Below are positions 57,218 through 64,000 of a stretch of DNA of 64,000 bases, piece after piece (positions within the stretch are counted from its first letter, which is position 1; every line of letters begins with the position of its first letter). The position numbers and the translations under genes were made by a program. The notes under the pieces were generated by a model. That model was given only the letters and a program-made list of their open reading frames with translations. It was not told where the DNA came from and ran no database searches. Source of the DNA: Candidatus Cloacimonadales bacterium (GTDB lineage Bacteria > Cloacimonadota > Cloacimonadia > Cloacimonadales > JAIOQZ01); the NCBI GenBank assembly GCA_963666875.2, contig CAXXPU010000003.1:7114-71113 (forward strand), written 5' to 3'.

Positions 57218-57751
57218 CTACTTGTATTCCATGCCTTTCTTGATTGCTTTTTCATTGAGTTCGAGCAGATCAGGGCGCTTCTTGCCGAGAGTATCCGCGA
57301 GCTCTTGAAGCACGGTTTCATATTTAACCAGGTCGATGTTCGCGAGCAGCGTGCCGATGGCGACCATGTTGAGTACCTTCTGGCTGCCGAGGTCGTTAGC
57401 GATCTTCGACATGGGAACGTAGATAACCTTCGCGTCGTCTTTCTGGATCTTTCTGGGGCACATGTCTTCGTTGGCAATAATCAGTCCGCCGGGGCGAACG
57501 AATGATCCGAACTTGTCCAGCGAAGGCTGGTTGAGCGCGACGAGAATGTCCATCTTCGTGACAAGCGGCGATGCGACCGGTTCGTCGGAGATCACGACGG
57601 CCACGTTGGCGGTACCGCCGCGCATTTCGGGTCCGTAAGAAGGCAGCCAGGAGACGTTCTTGCCGTCTTTCATGCCTGCCAGCGCGAGGAACTTACCGAA
57701 CGTCAGTGCGCCCTGTCCACCGAATCCTGAGCAGATGATGTCAGCTTTCAT
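57218..57751 (-). CDS. 2-oxoacid:ferredoxin oxidoreductase subunit gamma
   Basis: I place the start at ATG 57751 (MKADIICSGFGGQGALTFGKFLA...PSYGPEMRGG). It has an ATGA overlap with the beta subunit. Confidence 0.9.
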   Translation of the reverse strand: MKADIICSGFGGQGALTFGKFLALAGMKDGKNVSWLPSYGPEMRGGTANVAVVISDEPVASPLVTKMDILVALNQPSLDKFGSFVRPGGLIIANEDMCPRKIQKDDAKVIYVPMSKIANDLGSQKVLNMVAIGTLLANIDLVKYETVLQELADTLGKKRPDLLELNEKAIKKGMEYK

Positions 57752-58503
57752 TTGTCTCCTCCTTCTGCACCGCGATCGCGGAACAAACCGAGTTTGAAGA
57801 AGGGCAGCATGTTTTCTTTCGCCCACTGCAGCGAGTCAACCGGCGTGATACCCCAGTTGGTCGGGCAGGTCGAGACGAATTCGATAAAGGTGAACCCGCG
57901 ATTCTCCTTGTTGTAGGTCAACGCTTTCTTTACGGCTTTCTTCGCCTTCATGATATCCGGCGCGGAAAGTAATGACACCCTCTCGATGTAGTAGGGTGCT
58001 ACCAGTGAATCCAGAAGCTCGCAGGCGCGAACCGGATAACCGATATCCTTCTCGTCGCGTCCGTAGGGAGATGTACTGGTCTTCATACCGGGCAGGGTGG
58101 TCGGTGCCATCTGACCGCCGGTCATGCCGTAAATGGCGTTGTTGACGAAGAAGACGGAAATCTTCTCGCCGCGATTGGCTGCATGGATGATCTCGGCCGT
58201 ACCGATCGCCGCGAGGTCGCCGTCACCCTGATAGGTGAAGACGTGCATGTCGGGTCTGGCACGCTTCATGCCGGTCGCGACAGCCGGAGCGCGTCCGTGT
58301 GCCGCTTCCGCCATATCGATATCGAAGAATTTATACGCGAACACGGAGCAGCCCACCGGTGCGACGCCCATCATCTTGTTGCGCAGACCCAGTTCGTCGA
58401 TGGATTCCGCGATGAGACGATGCGCCACGCCGTGCGTACAGCCCGGGCAATAGGTGAAATTCAGGTCGGTGAGTGATTCTGGTCGTTTGGCTATAACTTC
58501 CAT
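57748..58503 (-). CDS. 2-oxoacid:ferredoxin oxidoreductase subunit beta (TPP-binding)
   Basis: YCPGCTHG...GDGDLAAIG...NNAIYGMTGGQ. Confidence 0.92.
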   Translation of the reverse strand: MEVIAKRPESLTDLNFTYCPGCTHGVAHRLIAESIDELGLRNKMMGVAPVGCSVFAYKFFDIDMAEAAHGRAPAVATGMKRARPDMHVFTYQGDGDLAAIGTAEIIHAANRGEKISVFFVNNAIYGMTGGQMAPTTLPGMKTSTSPYGRDEKDIGYPVRACELLDSLVAPYYIERVSLLSAPDIMKAKKAVKKALTYNKENRGFTFIEFVSTCPTNWGITPVDSLQWAKENMLPFFKLGLFRDRGAEGGDK

Positions 58504-58512
58504 GTGTTCCTC

Positions 58513-59589
58513 CTACAAATTCTCTTCGATTTTCGCTTTGGCTTCTTCAGGCGTGAAGACGATTCCGCCGACCTTTCCGAGGAAATCGACTTCTTTCGCT
58601 CCGTTGACCGCCAGTTTCACGTCTTCGATCATCTGTCCCGAATTGAATTCGAACACGATCACCTTCTTAATGCCGTCGTGCAGAGCGTTTTTGATCGCAT
58701 CGTAGGGATAGGGCCATACCGTGATCGGACGGATCAGACCGATGCTCTTGCCTTCCGCCTTGAGTGTATCGACCGCCGACTTCACGATGCGCGATGCGGT
58801 TCCGTACGCTACGCAGAGGATATCGTTGTCCTTCGACAGGTTGTACTCTTCCCAGCGCTGCTCGTTCTTCTTGATTTCGTCATAGACTCTCAAGAGACCT
58901 TCGACGTGTTTCTCCAGCACTTCCGGATCGATTTCGAGCGAGTTGATCTCGTGGTGGTGGTGATTCGGCTCGTCTTCATTCGGCTGCATGCACCACGCGT
59001 TGTGTTGCTTGTTCAGCGCGTCGATCTCCTGTTGTGTCTTGGGTTCGGCGAATTCCACCGGCTCCATCATCTGGCCCAGCAGACCGTCCGAGAGGATCAT
59101 CGCCGGGGTTCTGTACTTGTCGGCAAGGTCGAACGCCAGGCTCGCCATGTCGGCGAACTCCTGCACGGTACTCGGTGCGACGACGATGCAATGGTAATCG
59201 CCGTGTCCGCCACCCTTGGTCGCCTGGAAGTAGTCGCCCTGCGCCGGCGCGATGTCGCCCAGTCCCGGGCCGCCGCGCTGTACGTTGACGATCACCGCCG
59301 GAAGCTTGGCACCGGCGATGTACGAGATACCTTCCATCTTCAGCGAGATTCCAGGTGAGGATGAGGAAGTCATGACCCTTCTGCCGCATCCGGCAGCGCC
59401 ATAGACCATGTTGATGGCGGCGACTTCACTCTCCGCCTGTAAAAATGTTCCGCCCACCTTGGGCATCATCTTCGCCATGTACTCGATCAGTTCGCTCTGG
59501 GGCGTGATCGGATATGCGAAATAAAGACGACAGCCGGCACGAATGGCGGCTTCCGCTACGGCTTCGTTTCCTTTCATCAAAACCTTCAT
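58513..59589 (-). CDS. 2-oxoacid:ferredoxin oxidoreductase subunit alpha (KorA/VorB-type)
   Basis: MKGNEAVAEAAIRAGCRLYFAYPITPQSE...QAESEVAAINMVYGAA.. Confidence 0.92.
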   Translation of the reverse strand: MKVLMKGNEAVAEAAIRAGCRLYFAYPITPQSELIEYMAKMMPKVGGTFLQAESEVAAINMVYGAAGCGRRVMTSSSSPGISLKMEGISYIAGAKLPAVIVNVQRGGPGLGDIAPAQGDYFQATKGGGHGDYHCIVVAPSTVQEFADMASLAFDLADKYRTPAMILSDGLLGQMMEPVEFAEPKTQQEIDALNKQHNAWCMQPNEDEPNHHHHEINSLEIDPEVLEKHVEGLLRVYDEIKKNEQRWEEYNLSKDNDILCVAYGTASRIVKSAVDTLKAEGKSIGLIRPITVWPYPYDAIKNALHDGIKKVIVFEFNSGQMIEDVKLAVNGAKEVDFLGKVGGIVFTPEEAKAKIEENL

Positions 59590-59601
59590 GAGGGCCTCCG
59601 T

Positions 59602-59805
59602 TTATTTCTCAATTGTTATTGCGACATCAGGGCAGATTGTGTAGCAAAACCTGCACGCGATACAGGAATCGGGGTCAAAACATTCCGCATAGTGATATCC
59701 CTTCTGGTTAATATTCTCTGAAAATCGCAGGATCTTCTTGGGACACGCACTGATGCATAACCCACAGCCCTTACAATAGTTCGGATCGATTGTAACTCGC
59801 GGCAT
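59602..59805 (-). CDS. 2-oxoacid:ferredoxin oxidoreductase subunit delta (2x[4Fe-4S] ferredoxin)
   Basis: CKGCGLCISACP and CIACRFCYTICP; 67 aa. Confidence 0.9.
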   Translation of the reverse strand: MPRVTIDPNYCKGCGLCISACPKKILRFSENINQKGYHYAECFDPDSCIACRFCYTICPDVAITIEK

Positions 59806-60130
59806 GACGTACTCCTTTCTAAATGATCGTAATTAGGACACCCCTTACTATCGGTGGCGGAATTGTCAACTGGAATATAGGATTTTCATGGTTTCGATCA
59901 CGCAAATTCCGACATCCTCTCGGTCTGGCAAGACTTCTGCCAGAATAACGGCAATCGGATGGGAATGTCAAGCGGGAAATGTTCGTTAATATTCAACAGG
60001 CGAAATATGAATACTGCGGAGTATTCTGAGAATCCAGAGATAGATATATAAAGCACCAATGATGTCTGCCGCATGTAATGATTCGGGTTCTTATTGTACC
60101 TTCATTTCATTTCAACAAGCTAAAATTACG

Positions 60131-60160
60131 TTGACACCTATCGATCTCCTATCGTAATGT
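60131..60160 (+). promoter_or_regulatory. candidate sigma70-type promoter, TTGACA-N18-TAATGT
   Basis: TTGACA at 60131-60136 and TAATGT at 60155-60160. GGAGGA at 60188 precedes ATG 60200. Confidence 0.4.
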
Positions 60161-60199
60161 TGTATATTGAGAGGAAAAACTCGTGAACGGAGGAATTAC

Positions 60200-61258
60200 A
60201 TGACAAACAAATGGTGGTATCTTTCTATCCTGTTACTGCTTGGCGTCACACTGCACGCGATGCCGGAGGGATTCTTCACAATGGATGAAATTACCGGCAA
60301 CGTGCAGAAAGCGTTGAATCACCAACGCCCGAGCTATATCAGCGATGTGATGGCTGGCGACGCTCAGTTCAACGTTTTCGCCCAGCACATGATCGATCAG
60401 GTTAAGCAGACAGAGCAATATATAAATGCTCCCGAGGAGCAGCAGAAGTTGTTAATCGAGCAATTGGAAGCAAACTTCGAGAATATCCGGAAGGAGCATA
60501 CAGACAACATGGTCAACGCTGTCATGCTTCTGGGAACACGTTTCACCAAGATGCTTTTCGACTATCCCGAGATCGACTACATGGAACTCGAATTCCACTC
60601 GATCGATTTCAGGACGCCCCAGGAAGTGTATGGCGTGACCATGCACGAAGACGCCATCATGGCTTTCAACGATGAGGAATACATGATCGAGTGCCTCTTC
60701 CCCGAAATCCTCGAGATCGATGGTGGATTCATACTCGAGCAAGTGCCGGAGTTCACTGTTTATCGCTATGCTTTCCCGGTCGAAGAGATTGCCACCGAGA
60801 TCGCGCGATCCTTCAGCAAAGCAAGATTCAATATCATCGATTCGCTGTATGTCAACGAAATGCAGATGCAGAAGAAGCTCGATTCGTTTGTCGAATTCTT
60901 CCGACAAAGCGACCAGTACAAAGCCATGGGTGAGGCCCAGCAGAAGGAGTTTGAATCGATCATCGAAGAAGGACGCGGCAATATCGGCACCGAGATGTAC
61001 GCGAAACGAAAGAAGACCGAAGAAGCCTGGGAAACCGTCGATTACGGCCATGATTACTTCGATTTCAAGACGTTCTCCGTAGATAGCTGTGAACCGGGTT
61101 ACGTTACAACAGAGCAGGGTGTACAATCCATGCACGACACGAAGATATCGATCAGCAGTGAAGATTACACGATAAAAATGACTATCGGAGAATTGATCTC
61201 GTTCGGCAACTTGTGGAAGATCGTCGGATCGATCGATTTCACGGTTGAGGAGAAGTAA
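60200..61258 (+). CDS. hypothetical secreted protein built from two tandem ~170-aa modules
   Basis: I place the start at ATG 60200 (MTNKWWYLSILLLLGVTLHA). VKQTEQYINAPEEQQKLLIEQLEANFENI aligns with FRQSDQYKAMGEAQQKEFESIIEEGRGNI. DYMELEFHSIDF aligns with DYFDFKTFSVDS. Confidence 0.75.
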   Translation: MTNKWWYLSILLLLGVTLHAMPEGFFTMDEITGNVQKALNHQRPSYISDVMAGDAQFNVFAQHMIDQVKQTEQYINAPEEQQKLLIEQLEANFENIRKEHTDNMVNAVMLLGTRFTKMLFDYPEIDYMELEFHSIDFRTPQEVYGVTMHEDAIMAFNDEEYMIECLFPEILEIDGGFILEQVPEFTVYRYAFPVEEIATEIARSFSKARFNIIDSLYVNEMQMQKKLDSFVEFFRQSDQYKAMGEAQQKEFESIIEEGRGNIGTEMYAKRKKTEEAWETVDYGHDYFDFKTFSVDSCEPGYVTTEQGVQSMHDTKISISSEDYTIKMTIGELISFGNLWKIVGSIDFTVEEK

Positions 61259-61382
61259 TACTTGAAAGTAAAACAGAATAGCCAAAAAAACTAAACAATT
61301 ATTTTTTTTTATAAGTCTGGAACATTTTATGCATTTGTAATTTGAACAACCTTCTTGTTCCGGGGCATAGAGAGGAGGAATT

Positions 61383-63464
61383 ATGCGTTACGTACTACTT
61401 ACCGGTATGCTGTTTCTGGCTATGTGGGGTAATCTTTTTGCCATGGGTGTCGCGATTATCGACGGAGAAGACGGTGAATGTTTCGAACTCCGCGAAAGCA
61501 ACGTGGATGTCGTGATCGATAATCAAATCGCGATCGTTACATCGACTCAGAGATTCTACAACAACATGGGTTGGACCTACGCGCCGAAATACGGCTTCCC
61601 TGTTCCGGAAGACGCCAGCGCTACCCAGCTTCGCTGGTTCTACGAAGACGAATGGCACGAAGCGTTGATCGCACCGGTCGTGCAGGATTCCACACCGCCG
61701 GGACCGGGCGAGGAATGGGCCAACAACCTGGTGGACTATCTCGGACAGACACCGCTATTCTACAACATGAACGAGTTCCCAATCTTCGCGGGTGACGACA
61801 TCATCATCGAATTGACCTATGTGATGCTGCTGCCGTACGAATTCGGCGTCGTGACCTTCGATTATCCGGGCGACTACACGCTGATCCAGAGCAGCTCGCT
61901 CCAATCCGCGACGCTACATCTGGAGCTGGATTCCGTGCGTCCCATCGACAACATCGCGATCACCAGCCACACGCCCTCGACAAACACCAACAACGGGCAT
62001 CACGCAGTTATCGAGGTGAACGAAACGAATCAACCGGCAGATACAAACTACCACGTCGAATACACACTCAGCACGGACGAACTGGGGCTATTCGGCTTCA
62101 GCACAATGCTCGACGAAGTTCCCGACACCTACGGAAAACGGATTCTTCACCTTCATTGCCGAGCCCGATCCCAGCGAAAACGCAGTGATCAACAAAGTCT
62201 TCACGCTGATCGTCGATCGCTCGGGCAGCATGGCAGGCAACAAGATTACGCAAGCCAGAAGCGCTGCCAGCTACATCGTCAACAACCTGAATGAGGGCGA
62301 CATGTTCAACATCGTATCGTTTGCCACAACTGTGACGGAATACGAAAACGAACATGTCGAGTTCACCCCAGCGAACCAATCGACTGCTTTGTCGTACATT
62401 TCATCGCTTTACGCGAGCGGTAGCACCAATATCTCCGGCGCATTCGATCTGGCAGTACCGGAATTCGACGCCGCGAGCGACGACACCGCAAACATCATCA
62501 TCTTCTTCACTGACGGAGAGGCGACTACCGGTATCACAAACACCGAACAGCTCGTGCAACACGTTCACAATCTCGTGGCGCAGACGGAAAACGAATATCT
62601 ACCTCTTTAATTTCGGAATCGGTAACGACGCGAACGAACAATTACTGACGCTCCTCGCGCAGGACAACCAGGGAATGGCGCAATTCCTCGCGGAAAACGA
62701 TCTGGAAGAGATGATCACCGAATTTTACATGCTGATCCAGAATCCGGTGCTGATCAATCCGGTCATCACCTATTCTCCCAACGGCGTTGTGGAAGAAGCC
62801 TATCCCAATCCCGTACCCAACCTCTATCAGGGAAGGCAACTGATCACCAGCGGCAGATACACCGAGCCGACCACAGTCGGAATCACGTTCAGCGGTACGG
62901 CCTACAATCAAACCGATGGAATACGAGTACGAGCTGAACCTGATCGACTACGCGGATACCGACAGGCAGTTCCTGACCAAGATCTGGGCAAAACAGAAGA
63001 TCGAGTACCTGATGGTTCTGTATTATTCGTACGACGAGGATTCGGAGGAAGCGGAAGAGGTGAAGCAGCAGATCATCGATATCAGCATGGCATACGGCGT
63101 GATCAGTGCATTCACAAGCTTCTATGACGAATACGGCATCGACGGCGAAGAGGATGAAACGGGAGAAGCAGCGCCGTCCGCATCGTACAAGCTGCTGGGC
63201 AACTATCCGAATCCCTTCAATCCCAGCACGACGATCCGGTTCCAGGTCAATCGTAAGATCGACGAGATCGTGAAGGTCAAAATCTACAACGTGAAAGGAC
63301 AGCTTGTTCGCGTACTCGCGCTACATATCGACAGCCCCGGCATGTACGAACTGGTCTGGGACGGGCGCGACATGAACAAGAAGCTTTGCGCCACCGGCAC
63401 CTACTTCTACACAATCGATTTCGGCAACGCGATCCTGTCGTCCAAAATGCTGATGCTGAAATAA
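61383..63464 (+). pseudogene. VIT + von Willebrand A + T9SS C-terminal-domain surface protein, interrupted by three +1 frame changes
   Basis: There are four collinear ORF pieces. Piece 61383- has a signal peptide and VIT-like domain. Piece 62131- has FTLIVDRSGSMAGNK (MIDAS) and FNIVSFAT. Piece ~62590- has IYLFNFGIGNDANEQLLTLLA. Piece ~62912-63464 ends in YPNPFNPSTTIRFQV...GTYFYTIDF (T9SS C-terminal domain). The junctions fall at A-runs 62135-62138, 62588-62591 and 62910-62912. Confidence 0.8.
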
Positions 63465-63483
63465 TTACACCGATTTTCATAGC

Positions 63484-63515
63484 GAACCCCGTCGATTCTG
63501 GCGGGGTTCTTTTTG
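63484..63515 (+). terminator. rho-independent terminator after the VIT-vWA gene
   Basis: GAACCCCG-N10-CGGGGTTC followed by TTTTT, 20 nt after the stop. Confidence 0.8.
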
Positions 63516-63577
63516 TAATAAGAACTCCGTCTAATTATGGCTCTGTTGCATATTGGATGTACGCAATGCCTTCATAG

Positions 63578-63655
63578 TTCTGGAAGGACGAAAGATGTTA
63601 GCCCGCATGGGGATTTCGATTTTGCAAGCAAAATCACAGGCGTCAGCCATGGGTA
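63578..63655. repeat. copy of the composite intergenic repeat, long hairpin form with the nested palindromic module
   Basis: gttagcccgcatggggatttcgattttgcaagcaaaatcacaggcgtcagccatgggta. Confidence 0.8.
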
Positions 63656-63825
63656 CGGAATCCACAAGAGGAGGAAAGTCCCGGAGGGACGACAGCCATC
63701 AAAGAACACCCCATTTTGACGGACCGCGAGACTTCTGGCGAATAAATTGCTTGACCCGAAAACCGACATGAAAATGGATAACTTGATATAGATAACAGGA
63801 AATAGTGAAACCGTCTGGAGATAAG

Positions 63826-64000
63826 ATGAAGAACAAAGCACTGCGTATCGTGTTGAGCCTGCTTCTGGGCGTCGCCTGCCTGGCTCTCTGGTTTCATTTC
63901 GTGGAACCGGACAAGATCATGCAGTACGTGTCGCAGATTCATCCCGGACTTGTCGTACTATCGGCGGTCTCCTATCTGGTCACCTACTTCCTTCGGTCGC
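63826..64000 (+). CDS. membrane protein, 3' end outside window; resembles the flippase-like/lysylphosphatidylglycerol-synthase TM (UPF0104) family N-terminus
   Basis: From ATG 63826 the frame is open to the window end: MKNKALRIVLSLLLGVACLALWFHFVEPDKIMQYVSQIHPGLVVLSAVSYLVTYFLRS. It is not in the ORF track because it is truncated. Confidence 0.55.
   Translation, partial: MKNKALRIVLSLLLGVACLALWFHFVEPDKIMQYVSQIHPGLVVLSAVSYLVTYFLRS

Noticed and set aside
60167-60199. The upstream TTG start listed for ORF 60167..61258. Similar extended N-termini are listed for ORFs at 1227, 4128, 24322, 50215, 57826, 55479, 44277, 38270, 41721, 47977, 16841, 12730 and 4059.
   Set aside because: In each case an internal ATG, or TTG for rpsC, gives a canonical N-terminus (a signal peptide or a conserved family start). 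It is preceded by a GGAGG-type RBS and/or removes overlap with the upstream gene.
62131-62912. Programmed ribosomal frameshifting or transcriptional slippage as the explanation for the three +1 shifts.
   Set aside because: The A-runs are only 3-4 nt, too short for efficient slippage. No known +1 shift-site, stimulatory Shine-Dalgarno or stop-codon context is present, and three programmed events in one gene would be unprecedented. I keep it only as a remote alternative in the finding.

Overview
This is a 64-kb chromosomal window from a moderately GC-rich bacterium. Two secreted proteins carry T9SS-type C-terminal sorting domains. The window also encodes IorAB, a four-subunit 2-oxoacid:ferredoxin oxidoreductase and an acyl-CoA dehydratase activase. 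Together these suggest an anaerobic, amino-acid-fermenting member of the FCB-group or related candidate phyla; this is inference only. Layout: (1) 1-12.7 kb holds large secreted/surface proteins: a T9SS cargo protein, a tail-fibre-like protein with an intramolecular-chaperone domain, a 1110-aa multidomain protein, a DUF3667 membrane protein and a TPR protein. (2) 10.3-17.8 kb is a tightly packed minus-strand operon, apbE-folE2-M16 peptidase (frameshifted)-activase-TPR. (3) 18.1-28.5 kb on the plus strand holds two small paralogous secreted proteins, then yggS-plsY-GNAT-like-OM barrel-BatA-like-radical SAM/SPASM, then a lipoprotein, lon and a DUF4911-like gene. (4) Next come an orphan response regulator and mgtE. 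(5) 30.7-46.2 kb is a complete tuf-S10-spc-alpha ribosomal gene cluster on the minus strand, including the unlisted rpmJ. (6) Then tldD/pmbA, a DUF2007-PyrE fusion, a PdxA-methyltransferase fusion and rnhB. (7) Then iorAB, an ankyrin protein and a delta-alpha-beta-gamma 2-oxoacid:ferredoxin oxidoreductase. (8) Last, a duplicated-module secreted protein and a VIT-vWA-T9SS gene broken by three +1 frame changes. I found no rRNA, tRNA, CRISPR array, transposase, integrase, phage module or recognisable defence system. The unexplained structure is mainly non-coding: a family of modular, nested hairpin repeats fills almost every long intergenic region, densest at 52.56-53.2 kb. The best candidates for something undescribed are this repeat family, the triple-frameshifted surface gene, the translationally coupled GNAT/OM-barrel/BatA/rSAM block, the tail-fibre-like surface locus, and two unusual gene fusions. 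All functional calls rest on reading motifs by eye; no searches were run.
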